DNA of 64,000 nt, from contig NC_058368.1 of assembly GCF_018350175.1 (NCBI RefSeq), positions 228,100,001 through 228,164,000 of the forward strand, given 5' to 3'. The notes beneath the pieces are model-generated. The model was not told the DNA's origin and made no database searches. It was given only the letters and a program-made list of their open reading frames with translations. How positions within the stretch are numbered: the first letter of the stretch is position 1; every line of letters starts with the position of its first letter. Positions 27,318 to 41,712 of this stretch are shown piece after piece. The stretch comes from Felis catus. Lineage: Eukaryota. The translations under genes were made by a program, and so were the position numbers.

Positions 27318-27905
27318 TTTTTTTTTCTATGTGGTAAAGCATATATAACGTTAAATTTGCCATCTTCACCGTTCGTAAATGTACAGTTCAGCAGTATTCA
27401 GGATACTTACAATGCTATGAAACTGATGTCCGTAACGTTTTCATCTTGCAAAACTCTGTACCCATTAAATAGAAATTCTTCTCTTGCTGCTCTCTCAGCC
27501 CCTGATGACCAACAGCCTACTTGTTTCCATGCATCTTCCTACTTTAGACACCTCATGTAAATGGGATTGTGAGCATTTGTCTTTTTTGACTGGGTTATTT
27601 TGCTTAGCATAATGTCCTCTCGGTTTACCTGTGGTGTAGGATATGGCAGGATTTGCTTCCTTTTTATGACTGAAGAAAGGATGCCTCATTTTCATTTTCC
27701 TGTTCATCTGAAGGTGGACATTTGGGTTGCTTCTGTCTCTTGGCTGTTGTGAATACAGTTGCTGTCATTATGGGTGTGCAACTGCCTCTTTGAGATCCTG
27801 CTTTCAATTATTTGGATATATACTCAAAAGAGGGGTTTCTGGATCCTATGGTGGTTCTATTTTCAATTTTTTGAGCAACTGGCATACTGTTTTCCATAGT
27901 GGTTA
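27318..27905 (-). mobile_element. L1MB-like 3' end
   Basis: tgtggtaaagcatatataac...atttgggttgcttc...ggatcctatggtggttctatttt. Confidence 0.75.
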
Positions 27906-28478
27906 GATAATCAGTTTTTAATTATTCACTTTATAGGTGATAAAATTTGTTATGATTTGAGCTTTTACAGGTATATATCAAGGGAATAACAAAGCTGGGG
28001 CTTGGCTTTCTTATTTTTCCCCGCTCTAGGTAATCCTAGAATAGGACTACTTTTCTTCCTTCTTAAAACCTGTCTTTTTGCCTATCAGTGTGTGTGTGTA
28101 TGTATATATACACGCATTCCTGGTTCAGAGTTTTAGCTTTAGAGATATGAGGACATTTTCCTATGGATGACTGATTAAGAAGAGGCTCAGGGAGACGTGT
28201 ATACTCTTAAGAGGAAATTCTCCCCGTCAAGATACATTTATTAGCTCTGATCTAAGGGCTTAAATTAGTGATTGTCCATGAGAGAACTCTTTTGGATATT
28301 CTCAGTTTGCTCTAAAAATACATACTGATAAAAATTTATTGCTTCACTAACTACAATTTTTTTCTAAAGGAAAATTAGCATTTATTCGTTATTGTGAAGA
28401 GGTATTTTGTCAAGTTTGTATCGTTTTCATGCACAAGTTAATATTGAAAATAAGCCCACTGTACCTCACATTCTTCAG

Positions 28479-28613
28479 GTACATTATGATTTTGGTCTGC
28501 GGAACATTCTGTCAGTTCTGCGAACGCTGGGAGCCGCAAAAAGAGCCAACCCCACGGATACGGAATCAACAATCGTCATGCGTGTTCTGCGAGACATGAA
28601 TCTTTCTAAACTA
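28479..28613 (+). CDS. DNAH5: DNAH5 exon ~39 (135 nt)
   Basis: ttcag|GTA..CTA|gtaag; [14 protein letters not shown]...DMNLSKL. Confidence 0.95.
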
Positions 28614-29454
28614 GTAAGATTCACAGATGGAAATGTTCCACCAACTTAGATATCAGTTCAGCTAACTAAGCACAAATGAGATTTAGAAATATTTATTTAA
28701 AATACTCATTTAAAATGCTTAATAATCAGCCAAAGTGCTGGAGAGCCTAACTTTAGACTTTTTCAGACGTTGCTTTTGTGGTAACTCATATCTAGTCTAA
28801 CATATGCCTATTTCGATAGAATTCAAATGGATTTTTAAAAATCCACATGTTAAGTTTCCAAATACCTTGAAATACTTTTGGGTTTTAGAGCTAAAATCTC
28901 ACTTTCTTTAAAGTCTGTAGAACCCAGCAGGAAGTTATATGTAAATTTAACAAGTGTGTAATTTCACACTCTCTCATTTCATAGGTGAGACTGAAAATCA
29001 ATTGTTCAGTGTCAGTGAATCTATGTATAGGGTGACAGATGGTATATTTTTTTTCAAAATAAAAGGGTGGAGCAAATTCCAATTCATGAATTTGTTACTA
29101 TCTCTTATTTCAATTATTATTTTTAAAATTTCAATTAGAAATTGTAGGTTAGGTGGTAATTCCCCGAACTGATTATTATTTTATGGAGAGGTTGTCATAT
29201 GGGCACTATTTTCTTTTCTTTCATCTCTTCCTTCATTTTCTTCTCTTCTTCCTCCCTTTTCCTCTCCCTTTCTTTTCTAAAATAATTTTTAATTTATGGG
29301 AAACACGAGGAACATATTCTTCAACTTCAATGAAGGTGACATTTTACTTATTATCATAAAATAATTTGGTATGTTCAGCATTTTCAGTTTATCTGTGCAT
29401 TGTTATGATTGTGCCAAAATAGTTGGTCCAGTTTCTCTTTCTTTTCTCTCTTAG

Positions 29455-29562
29455 ATTGATGAAGATGAACCCTTATTTTTGAGTTTGATTGAAGATCTCT
29501 TCCCAAATATTCTTCTGGACAAAGCAGGTTACCCTGAACTGGAAATGGCGATTAGTAGGCAG
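29455..29562 (+). CDS. DNAH5: DNAH5 exon ~40 (108 nt)
   Basis: cttag|ATT..CAG|gtaat; [17 protein letters not shown]...ISRQ. Confidence 0.94.
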
Positions 29563-30544
29563 GTAATGTATCTCTAAGGACATCCAGCTCTGTCCGTGTC
29601 TCTTTCATCTGAATTTCGTGGGTGTCAGGTGCAGCTGATGTATTGCAGATCCGTGGGTTTCAAGAACAACACCCAAGATGATGGCTACTGTTTTAGGGGA
29701 GGCTGTTACACGCCACTGACAGAGCTTCTCCAGCCAGACAGTCTCCTGCTGTCCCACAAGCACATCTGGTTGGCCACATGTTAGTGGGCCCACGATGGAT
29801 GGAAACCATTCCACACCAGATTCTGAAATGAAGTATGATGAGTGAGCGGGACGAGTGGGGCTCAGCTGGCTGGCGAGCCTTCCTCGACTTGGCTTTGTCT
29901 GTGGCCCTGGTGCTTCCACATGGCTTTGATCTCTGGACTCCCGCCCTGAAGTGTCACTCGCAGTGATCTCACGTGGCTCCTCAACTGTCATTCTTTTCCC
30001 CCAGGCCTAGGATCACCTGTGATTTCTTCCTCAGGCTCTGGGGATCTGCCATGTTATGTGAGGCATTAGGTGCCTGGATTTCCTATGAGACTTGGTGCAG
30101 CTGTACGTTTTTCTAGTTTTCCTAGGAATGAAGACGAGTCATGTAAACCTTGTGCCACAGGTTACTTTCCTGCAAAGAAGAGTTTGGGGGAAGAAAAGTT
30201 TTATAGAAATAGTGATTGGCTCACATTTATAAAGTACATTTCAGTTTAAGATATTTGTTAACAAAAATCAAATACGGCAGTACTTAATGGATATTTTCCT
30301 TTTAAAAATCAAGATACAAAAATCTTAATCTGATCAGGTAAGAGTGATAATTCGTTTTGCAAATGAATTATCATCCTATGGCTGAATTGTCTAAAAAGCT
30401 TAGTATAAAGTAATGTATAAGGTGACTAACAGCGTAATTTGTAGCATATGAAAAATCTGAAGAGGATACACATAGCATGAAATGACATGTGATTATTATC
30501 CGACAATTATTTAAATAAAAATAAAAACATCATTTGTAGTGGGG

Positions 30545-30790
30545 TGAAGCATAGCATGATGGTTAAGAGCATGGACCATGGAGCTTAGTTTCTTGGGTTC
30601 GGATTTGCCCTCTGTAACTTTACAAGTAACAATCTTGGGTAAATTGCTTGGCTTCTCTGTGCCTCAGTTTCCTTCTCTGTAAAAGAAAGATAGTGACAGT
30701 ACTAATCTTGTAGTGTTATTATGAATATTGATCTTAGACTAGTGTTTGGCAGAATAACTTTCATGTGTGTGTTTGACAGATAAAAACTCA
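30545..30790 (+). mobile_element. MIR
   Basis: gcatgatggttaagagcatggac...ctctgtgcctcagtttccttctctgtaaaa. Confidence 0.75.
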
Positions 30791-30874
30791 GTAGATTTAT
30801 AGACAGTTTGAGTTTTAGATGGAATTTCAGTCAACTTGGTGTGCTACCAACTTTTCCAGTTATTGAATATCACC

Positions 30875-31090
30875 TTTTTTTTTTTTTCAACGTTTATTTA
30901 TTTTTGGGACAGAGAGAGACAGAGCATGAACGGGGGAGGGGCAGAGAGAAAGGGAGACACAGAATCGGAAACAGGCTCCAGGCTCTGAGCCATCAGCCCA
31001 GAGCCCGACGCGGGGCTCGAACTCACGGACCGCGAGATCGTGACCTGGCTGAAGTCGGATGCTTAACCGACTGCGCCACCCAGGCGCCCC
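30875..31090 (-). mobile_element. Young SINEC_Fc-type SINE
   Basis: TSD aatatcacctttt. Confidence 0.93.
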
Positions 31091-31273
31091 TAAATATCAC
31101 CTTTTAAATTAAACATTTAAAATACATTTTGATACATGAGTCTTTATTCTTAAGTTGCTCCTAAGACATATATTCAAGGATGTATTAATAGAAATGTATT
31201 CAATTCCCAAAGGCAAATGCAGAGGTTTCTTATTGCCTTGGGATAACAGTTTGAATATTCAACCTATGGTCTT

Positions 31274-31289
31274 TGTGTGTGTGTGTATG

Positions 31290-31333
<44 letters not shown>

Positions 31334-31377
31334 CGCAATTGTGTATATATATATATATTTTTTATGCCATATATATA
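31274..31377. repeat. Compound (TG)n/(TA)n microsatellite
   Basis: Directly visible. Confidence 0.9.
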
Positions 31378-31700
31378 AAAATTTTTTATTTTAAGTAAAC
31401 TCCACGCCACACATGGGGCTCAAACTTATAACCCTGAGATAAAAAGTCACATGCTCCACTGACTGGGCCTGCCAGGCACCCCAGCAATATATTGTTCATT
31501 GTGGTAAAATATATAATTTAAAATTTAGCATTTTAATCATTTTTAAGTATACTGTTAAGTGGCGTTAAGTACATTTCACATTATTGTGCAAAACATCGTC
31601 ACCACCCATGTTCAACACTTTTTTCACCTCCCCGAACTGAAACTCCATGCCCGTTAAATAGTAACTATCTTTCCTCTGTCCCCCTCCTCAATGTCTGTGC
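31378..31700 (-). mobile_element. Short SINEC head (31378-31482) followed by L1MB-like 3' fragment
   Basis: ggggctcaaacttataaccctgagat...ccaggcacccc; attgtggtaaaatatata...ccccgaactgaaactcc. Confidence 0.65.
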
Positions 31701-31773
31701 TTAGTTTGAGCACAGTGGAAGGTCCAGATTGCTGTCGATGTGGCCCAGTGTGGGGCTTTGTTTATGTTTTCAG

Positions 31774-31927
31774 GTTGAAGAAGCTGGTTTAATTAACCAT
31801 CCTCCTTGGAAACTGAAAGTTATCCAGCTGTTTGAGACACAGAGAGTGCGACACGGAATGATGACCCTGGGGCCCAGTGGAGCGGGGAAGACCACTTGTA
31901 TCCACACCTTGATGAAAGCCATGACAG
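31774..31927 (+). CDS. DNAH5: DNAH5 exon ~41 (154 nt), AAA2 Walker A
   Basis: ttcag|GTT..G|gtaag; VEEAGL...[16 protein letters not shown]. Confidence 0.96.
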
Positions 31928-32079
31928 GTAAGGGGGTGGTCAAGCTGTGTTGCTCCGGGCAACACGTTTAAATCACTGTGACACATTTGGATGCTCCAAG
32001 AGGGACATGCTCTACTGATTATTGGGCACATCTTAGAGATAGTGTATTATAATAATGAACTGGAGGGGAAAACTTCTTT

Positions 32080-32710
32080 GCAGCTTTATTGAGATATAAC
32101 TGACATATAGTATTGTATAAGTTTCATGTGTACAGTGTATTGATTTGAAGCAATTGTATGTTGCAGAATGATTACCACCATTAGCTTTGACCCCCATCTC
32201 GTCACATAGTTACTTTCCATTTCTTTTTTGTGGTGAGAACATTTAAGATCCACTCATCTAGCAACTTGTTCAATTATATGATACAGTGTAATTGGCTATG
32301 CTCATGATGCTATATGTACGTTATGCTACAATGTATGTCAGATCCTCGTCCTTGTGAATCTTTTAACTGGAAGTTTGTACTCTTTGTCCAATATCTCTCC
32401 CATTTCCCTACACCTTAACCCCTGGTAACCACCATTCTACAATCTGTTTTCCAGGGTTTGCTTTTTTTTTTTTAGATTCCATACATAAATGATACCATAC
32501 AGGATTTATCTTTCCCTGTGTGACTGACTTCATTTAGCATGACATTCTCGAGGTTCATCCGTGTCGTCATGTCATTGCAAATGGCAGGATGTCCTTCTTG
32601 CGTGTGGTTGAATTATATATATATATGTCACATTTCCTGAATTCTTTCTCTTATTAATGGGCATTTACATCATTTCCGTATCTTAGCTTCTATGAATAAT
32701 GCTGTATGAA
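32080..32710 (-). mobile_element. L1 3' end (old)
   Basis: gctttattgagatataactgacatat...cccctggtaaccaccattcta...agattccatacataaatga. Confidence 0.75.
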
Positions 32711-35103
32711 AACAAATTTTAAACAGTGACTTTATGTACTGTGTTATGTGTTTTACTTATGTTATGTCATTTAATTTTCACCATGATCTTGAGATGTGGC
32801 TCTGACCATCCCCATTTTGTTCAAAAATGTCGAGCTTCAAGTTCAGAAATGCTACAGGTTGTGAAGACAGTAAGGTCAGGGCCCACTAATGAAAAACCCG
32901 GACGTTTCCCATTATAACATGGTACTTCCCAATGAGTTAATACGATGTGCTACCTCTCAGTAAATTAAAAAAAATAATTTCAATTTCAACTCCCAAATCA
33001 TCCTAATCGTGAACTAATTTCCCAAGAATCAGATATTTTTCTGGTGAAGTTCAAGAGATGCCTTTAATTCCTAGATCTCCCTTAGCCTTATATCTAAGTC
33101 CCTACCTAGCCCAAGGTCATCCAAAGATTATGGGCATTGCCACTATGTGACTATGTGACTATCCCTGTATTTTCTGATTGGACATTGATGTTTCCCATTC
33201 TAAAAGTACTGTGTAGGCAGCTCTGAGCCATGGCAGATTTGAGTCCCAAAATTTCACAGAACTTCAGCCGATGGATTGCATCACACATGGTCCCATGGGG
33301 AAAAGGTGCCTGGCTGGGTTTCCAGTCCGCTCATGAAACTCCAGTGCACTGATGCTGAGTTGTGGCGGTGGAGACTGCTCTGTGTTTGCTCTAGGGACCT
33401 GCACGTGTTGGGTTTAGTCTCGGTGCCCTCAGCTAGGGGGCAAAGTGAGTTCTGTACGTTAAGACTCCAGCACGGGGTGTTCACACTGAGACAGAATTGT
33501 GCTCTCAGCTCTCACTTACCTTTGCCAAAACTGAGAGCACACACCTGCAAGACTTACCGTGCGGTTTTCATGTACTGTTGAGACTCTGTTTGGGGATTTT
33601 TATATAGCTTTAAAATGATGTGTTCTCTCAAATTATGCTCAATAATACTTTTGTTGTTGTTGTGTAGCTGCCTTCTGTTAACAATAAACTACAAATGCAC
33701 CTGGTAAAGTGAGTTGAACAAAATGAGTACTAAATATTAAACAATAGTGATACATTATGTATAATATGTCTAAATTATGTAATCCATATGGCATCGCTGG
33801 TTTTGGAGAAGTTCTTTGCAAAGATGAATTAATCATTAGACTACTTGCTGTCGATTAACCTGTTCTTGGTTTTCATATGTAGGGCAAACATTCGTTATCT
33901 TAAGCAAAACATTGTCTAATGCCGAAAACACTAATTATCCCAAAGATTGAGAAGGTAATTGCATTGAACTTATACTAGACCCATGTATATCTGTTTCCTT
34001 ATTCATCATGTATTTATTTATCACATATCTTTAATGTTCTGTACGTGAGGTTCTGCTAGGTTCTGTAGCAGAAGTGGGGAAGCAGGCGTGAAAACCAAAG
34101 GCCTTCAAGGAGCGGGATAACCCAGACAGTTATTAGTCAACATGGAATCGCTTTGAGAAGATTTGGACAGTTATGCTGTGAGCAGGCAAAGGAGATCAGA
34201 AACCTATCTAAGGAATTCTAGGAAGGCTTACAGAGCAGGTGCCACTTCAGCTGAAGATTGAGGGTTGAGTAGCAGATGGATGCAAGGCATTCTTAGCAGA
34301 ACAAAGAGCCTGTGCAGATAGGAGAGATTCCAGAGAGCATGGCATGCCCAGAAAGTGCACTGGTGTGGATAAAAGGTAGTCTGTGTGTGGGGGTGGGAGT
34401 GGGGAAGGTGAGAAGGTATATATAGTACGTGCTCCTGGTGCCCACCACCACACCCCTTTGACCCTGTCCTGGTACAGGTGCAGCTGTTGGTCAGTTTCTC
34501 CCACAAGTGCCAGGGGTGCCTCCCAGTTTTTCAGCATTATGACTTTCCTAGAATCTAGGGAACTGGTTCAGCCTGGAAGAGAGTGGGCATTAATGCCCTT
34601 GAGGCAGCCATACCCTCAAACAGTGGCAGAAGTTGGGTTGAAGGCAAGTGTCCTACCTCCTCATGTCCATTAGAGGGACACTACATCTGTGGCCACCTCC
34701 CAAATGAGCCCATTCTTGGATTTCTCTCATTTTCTGTTTCATTCTCTCTTTCCCCTGACTTCAAACTCCCCATACCCGTATCCTTGTTTGAGGCTTTCCT
34801 TTTAGGGGGCATTCAAATTAGTGCAATAGAGCTTTGTAAGTTATGCTAAGTACTTAGATTTTATTTTGCAGGTGATGGGAAGCCATTGGGCTGGGGAGTG
34901 GTATGATCAACGCTGTGTGTAGAAGACCATCCTGTGGCCATGTGGAGAATAGGCCACGGGACAGGAGGGATGGTCTGGAGTCCATAAAGAGGCAGCAGCA
35001 AGAAAGTGTACCTACTCTAGGGGCAGAATCCATGAAGGTGGAGTGATCAGGACAGTCAAGAAATGCCTAGGAAGAGAATTAAGAGGATTCGGTTTAAGTC
35101 AGC

Positions 35104-36070
35104 AAAACTAAAAGGCAACCGATGGAATGGGAGATGTTTGCAAATGACATATCAGATAAAGGGTTATAAAGAACTTATCAAACTCAACACGTAAAAAGTA
35201 AGTAATCCAGTGAAAAATGGACAAAAGACATGAATAGACACTTTTCCAAAGAAGAGATCCAGATGGCGAACAGACACATGAAAAGATGCTCAACATCACT
35301 CATCAGGGAAATGCAAATCAAAACCACAACAAGATACACCCTCACACCAGTCAGAATGGCTAAAATGAACAACTCAGGCAACAATAGATGTTGGCGAGGA
35401 TGTAGAGAAGAGGAATGGTGGGAATGGAAAACAGTATGGAGGTTCGTCAAAAAATTAAAAACAGAGCTACCCTATGACCCAGCAATTGCACTACTAGGTC
35501 TTTATCCAAAGGATGCAGGTGTGCTGTTTTGAAGGGGCACATTCACCCCAATGTTTATAGCAGCACTATTGACAATAGCAAAAGTATGGAAAGATCTGAA
35601 ATGTCCATTGACTGACAAATGGATAAAGAGGACGTGGTATATATACACAATAGAATATTTACTTGGCGATGAAAAAGAATGAAATCTTGTCACTTGTGAT
35701 AATGTGAATGGAACTCGAGTGTATTATGCTAGGCAAAATAAGTCAGTCAGAGAAAGACATATATGATTTCACTCATATGTGGCAATAAGAAACAAAACAG
35801 ATTAACGTAAAGGAAGGGAAGCAAAAATAAGATAAAAACAGAGAGGGAGACACACCATAAGAGACTCTTAAATATAGAGTACAAACTGAGGGTTGCTGGC
35901 GGGGTGTTGGGTGGGGGGATGGGCTAGATGGGTGATGGCCATTAAGGAGGACACTTGTTGGGATGAGCACTGGGTGTTGTATGTAAGTGATGAATCCCTA
36001 AATTCTATTCCTGAAATCATTATTATACGATATGTTACCTAACATGGATTTCATTAAAAAATAATAATAA
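35104..36070 (+). mobile_element. 5'-truncated carnivore L1 (decayed ORF2 C-terminus + 3'UTR)
   Basis: ORF 35230-35532 ([40 protein letters not shown]) is L1 ORF2p, with internal deletions; degenerate TSD aagaggattcggtttaa/aggaggaattagtttaa. Confidence 0.9.
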
Positions 36071-36328
36071 AAGGAGGAATTAGTTTAACCAACCTTTTGA
36101 AAGTAAAGCATTTTTTTCTTGTAGTCATCTTATAAACATGTTTTGGTATTTCATTTTTTTGGTCATAAATTAAAAAAATATTATGCAAGTGTAGTTGACA
36201 TACAATGTTACATTGGTTTCAGGCATATAACATAGTGACTCAATAATTCTGTACCAAAATGTTATGGTATTTAAAATTGAAATGATAGAATTCTACGTAC
36301 TACCATAATGAAATAATTAAAAAAAATC

Positions 36329-36532
36329 TTTTTAATGTTTATTTATTTTTGAGAGAGAGTGAGAGAGCACACACATGAGCCAGGGAGGGGCAGAGATAGA
36401 GGGAGACACGGAATCCGAAGCAGACTCCAGGCTCTGAGCTGTCAGCACAGAGCCCGACGTGAGGCTTGAACCATGAGATCATGACCTGAGCCGAAGTCTG
36501 ACGTTTAACCCACTCAGCCACCCAGGCGCCCC
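36329..36532 (-). mobile_element. SINEC
   Basis: TSD cataatgaaat(a/c)att. Confidence 0.9.
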
Positions 36533-36621
36533 CATAATGAAATCATTTTTGATAGTTTTTCTTATATGGGCAGCAGATCAAGTCATTTTTACTTATGATA
36601 CTATCATAGTCTTTAAAAAAA

Positions 36622-36623
36622 TG

Positions 36624-36654
<31 letters not shown>

Positions 36655-36813
36655 AGTGAGCAGGGAAGGGGGCAGAGAGAAAGGGAGACAGACAATCCCA
36701 ATCAGTCTGCAGCACAGAGCCCGTCGCAGGGCTCGAAACCACAAACCGCGAGATCATGACCTGAGCTGAAACCAAGAGTTGGACACTTAACTGACTGAGC
36801 CACCTAGACACCC
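36622..36813 (-). mobile_element. SINEC
   Basis: TSD atact(a/g)tcata(g/c)tcttta. Confidence 0.88.
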
Positions 36814-37215
36814 TAATACTGTCATACTCTTTAAGAGCTTGCTGGCCTTTAGGTAAAAGATATAGTTTTGCTAGTCTTATGGATATCATTTATTGAAGAA
36901 GCTGAGTTGTGATGCAGTTTCCCTTCAACGTTGTAAAATACTGCAAATAATTACCCCGAGTCTTTTTGTGATTAAAAAAGAAGAGAACTATGGTCTAATT
37001 TTCTAAATGGGTTTTAGTGGGTTTTAACACCTTTTTCAATGTGCATAGTTATTATGTATGTTTGCCTGTGTTTGTCAACCTTTCGCACAGTATGTAATGT
37101 TTCAGCATCGATTTTTATCAGCTTATACTTTAAACCTTATTTTTCACTTTTCTGCTTATTTAGGAGAATCTAGCTTATTTAGGAGTAGTTTTAGGGTGTG
37201 AAAGAGTCAAAGACC

Positions 37216-37441
37216 TTTTTTTTTAAAATTTTTTTATTCAACGTTTATTTATTTTTGGGACAGAGAGAGACAGAGCATGAACGGGGGAGGGGTAGAGAGA
37301 GAGGGAGACACAGAATCAGAAACAGGCTCCAGGCTCTGAGCCATCAGCCCAGAGCCCGACGCGGGGCTTGAACTCACGGACCGCAAGATCGTGACCTGGC
37401 TGAAGTCGGACGCTTAACCGACTGCGCCACCCAGGCGCCCC
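37216..37441 (-). mobile_element. Young SINEC_Fc-type SINE
   Basis: TSD tcaaagaccttttt. Confidence 0.93.
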
Positions 37442-37508
37442 TCAAAGACCTTTTTTGAATTTGGCTGTAAAAGAAAAGTCCTTGATTCCTGAAACATTAG
37501 TTTCGCTT

Positions 37509-37510
<2 letters not shown>

Positions 37511-37544
<34 letters not shown>
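37511..37544. repeat. Poly(T) run, ~34 nt
   Basis: Directly visible. Confidence 0.9.
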
Positions 37545-37958
37545 CCAAACGAGTAAGAACACATCTCAGCAAATTGAAGTCGGGAATGCAGAGAATGCAG
37601 CATCTTCTGGGTGGTATTTCAGAGACCAGGCTTAATCCAATATATAATAAATCAAAAGATTTTTGAGCTGTGAAATTGGAAGAACTTCCAGATTACATTA
37701 ATTCCTTCATCCATGCCAACATGGTATCCTTCCCCCACCCCCATTATGTTTCCTGCAGCTTGCTTTTACAGAAGATAGAAACAAAAGTATGTTAGTCCCT
37801 AAGATGTAACGATGTTAATTATGATACTTGGGAATGCAGGAAGACATAATGTTTTCGTGTAATTTTGTATTTTTCCTATTTTGAACACCTGTTGACAGTA
37901 CATTGCAATTAGTACAGTGTTACCTAATGATGGCTTGCTCTACATCTGCGTTGTTTAA

Positions 37959-38135
<177 letters not shown>

Positions 38136-38349
38136 TGAAGTGTTATTTCCGACGTGTACTTCTAGATAAAATCTTAGGGTGCCTATTTAGAATTAGTAGA
38201 ACAACTGTATTCTCCATACGAGGAGACCAGCAAGTCCTGAATCAGTATATTTGTCAATGTTGAAATACTGAAACTATTGATTAGTATATTTAAAATCCCC
38301 CTCTCCCACCTTTTTTTCTTTGTTGTTATTACAAAGGGAATGATTTTCC

Positions 38350-38606
38350 TTTTTTTTTATTTTATTTTTTATTTTTTATTTTTAAAAAAATTTTTTTTTC
38401 TCAACGTTTTTATTTATTTTTGGGACAGAGAGAGACAGAGCATGAACGGGGGAGGGGCAGAGAGAGAGGGAGACACAGAATCGGAAACAGGCTCCAGGCT
38501 CTGAGCCATCAGCCCAGAGCCTGACGCGGGGCTCGAACTCCCGGACCACGAGATCGTGACCTGGCTGAAGTCGGACGCTTAACCGACTGCGCCACCCAGG
38601 CGCCCC
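38350..38606 (-). mobile_element. Young SINEC_Fc-type SINE
   Basis: TSD tgattttccttt. Confidence 0.93.
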
Positions 38607-39679
38607 TGATTTTCCTTTTCAATAAGTGTTTTTGTATCCCTGTGATATCTTAGAATAAAATAGAAAGAAAAAGCTGTTAAGGAAAATTGATAGTGTTGAA
38701 TAAAGTGACTGTACCATAACCATTTCCCTGAATCTTTTAAAAATGTTATTTTTGTTTAAGCATAGCCTATTTTTAGAATACTGATCCCCCTATAAAATCG
38801 CAGGGGGAAATGGGCTTCTTTGGGAAGAAAATTGCATATATCAAAAACAAAGTCTCTATTGAACTAACAAATATTGCTGTTTAGACGTACACTGATGTTT
38901 GGTTATCCTGTGAAGAAACTCGTTAAGGGCTAGTGGTTCACTCTGAATGCTCTCTTACTTTTGGAGTCTCTAAAGTGAACCCAATGTTCCTGGGATACAG
39001 GCTCAGATGGAAGAGGTGATATCAACTCTCCTCTCCTCGTGTTTTCTCACTCTCGAGTAAGTGGGAGGAAGGCATAGTGAATGCACTTGCGGGGAGAAGG
39101 AAGGATGCAGGAGAAGGAAAAGATACTGGGGACATTTCTTCATGAGTCTTGTCTTTGGAACACTGTCTACTGAGAAATATTTAAGGTGGTGCCACTCATT
39201 TAGGGAACGGGGCTCAGCAACCTAACATCAGTTGTCAAAAGAGACATGAACATGTATAATTTCTAAAGTGTGCTCATATTAGACATTGTTGTTTTACTGG
39301 AAATAAATGAAAGTTTGTCTCTGTCTTGTTCCAGTAATCCTATGTAAACACATATCCAGTGCCCAGTGCTACCTCAAAGAATGGGAGCTCAAAGCAGTGG
39401 TTTTTTTCCCTCTTTAAAGAAGGCAACATACCTTTTCTAAGTGACTCGGGTGTTTAGATCATCATTTTACTTAAATTCAGTCGACTGAGCATAATTAAGA
39501 TTTTTAAAAGAATTTTATTTGACACATAATATTTTACAGGTGTGGCACAGTAAATAAAGATTAGAGTTCCAAACTTGGTCATGGTGTCAGTAAGAGAAAC
39601 TAGAGATTAAGAAATTAGGAGGACTTATTAAACCAGGTGCCGAAATTTGCGATGGCATTCCGTTGACCATTCTGCTGAT

Positions 39680-40590
39680 GCTTGTCACTTTTTTTTTTTT
39701 TACTTCCAAATATCTCCTTAAGTGATTCCCATCAGTTTTGTCCCCAGGAGCCCCTCCAAGGGGCTCATGACCTCCAGCTTGTCAGATACAAATTGTCGGT
39801 TCTCACGCTAGTCCGGTTTGCACAGAACCTGGCACGGTTGATCACGCCCCTTCTTGGACCTCTTCTGTCACTTGACATCAGGGAAACTTAACCTGCTTGC
39901 TGTCCTTCAACTTCTGCCTCATGAGGGGTCTGTCAGAGGGAGGAGTCTGCAAAGGAGACTGTACCACAAGTCTGACCTTTGAAGTGGCTCTGTGCTCAGA
40001 CCTCCTGCCTCTGTCTACTTGTACTCCCTAGAAGAAACATACCCTGTCCATGGTTTTAAGTGCCATCTCTAAGCCAATGGCTTCTACATTCTAATCTTCA
40101 GCCCTGACCTCTCCCTTGAATCCCCAGCTCAACAACGTTGTAGGATGTGTGTGGGACATCTCAAATGTGACATGTACCAGCCAGAATCAGTTCCGTGGTT
40201 CTGCCTGTCCTTCTGATGGCACTCACATTCCCTTTTCTCTTCTCCAACTCTTGCTTTCTAGAACAGCCTCAATTTGTACTCACTTTGAGACCTTTGCACT
40301 TGGTATTCTTACTGCCTGGAAAATTCTGCCTGTAGATCCCTACATCACTTCATTCTCCTGAAATATTTTATTGACTACCTTATCAAAAGCAATGCCCCAC
40401 CCTCTTTTCTTCCTGATTGTTCTTATCGTACATATTATTTGCTTATTGGTTTCATTATCATCTCTACCCCTTAGAATGTAAGCTCTGTGAAGACAGGACA
40501 GTGTCTTATTTTTACCGTAATGTCCCCAGACCTTAGAATAGTGCTGATACATAGAAGGTGCTCAATGAATATTTGTTCAACGAACAAATG
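39680..40590 (+). mobile_element. L2 3' portion
   Basis: Ends ...agaatgtaagctctgtgaagacagg...ggtgctcaatgaatatttgttcaacgaa (L2 3' terminus). Confidence 0.7.
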
Positions 40591-40723
40591 ACTTTTTTCC
40601 TTTGGTTATGTGCTTTAAACAATGGCTATAGATAGAACTGGAAAAGTCCTATGTGACAAAATAAGGTAATCATTTCTATCAAAGTTTTATTTAAATATTA
40701 ATGAAAATTATATCAAATTATAG

Positions 40724-41053
<330 letters not shown>

Positions 41054-41071
41054 TAGTGGAGTCTTCATTTT

Positions 41072-41712
41072 TTTAATTTAATTTAATTTAATTTAATTTA
41101 ATTTAATTTAATTTAATTTAATTTTTTTTCATGTCCAGCTTTTTTTTTCTCTTTTAATATAATTTATTGTCAAATTAGCTAGCATACAGTGTGTAAAGTG
41201 TGCTCTTGGTTTTTGGGGTAGATTCCCATGGTTCATTGCTTACATACAACACCCAGTGCTCATCCAACAAGTGCCCTCCTCAATGCCCATCACCCATTTT
41301 CTCCTCTCCCCCACCACTCCCCATCCACCCTCAGTCTGTTCTGTTAATTTCAGAGTGTCTTATGGTTTGCCTCCCTCCCTCTCTGTTTGTAACTATTTTT
41401 CTCCCCATCTCTTCCCCCATGGTCTTCTGTTAACTTTCTCAAAATCCACATATGAGTGAAAACATGGTATCTGTCTCTCTCCGACTGACTTATTTCACTT
41501 GGCATAATACATTCTAGCTCCATCTACGTTGTTATGAATGGTAAGGTTTCATTCTTTTTGACTGCCAGGTAGTACTCCATTGTATATATATATAAACCAC
41601 ATCTTCTTTATCCATTCATCAGTTGATGGACTTTTAGCCTCTTTCCATCATTTGGCTATTGTTGAAAGTGCTGCTATAAACACTGGGGTGCATGTGCCCC
41701 TTTGGATCAGCA
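41072..41712 (-). mobile_element. 5'-truncated felid L1 with compound tail incl. (AATTT)n
   Basis: Antisense L1 3'UTR; TSD tggagtcttcatttt (41057-41071) / tggagtctttctttt (41713-41727). Confidence 0.85.

Noticed and set aside
35230..35532. L1 ORF2-like ORF as an active or domesticated gene
   Set aside because: Short 5'-truncated fragment with internal deletions and stops.
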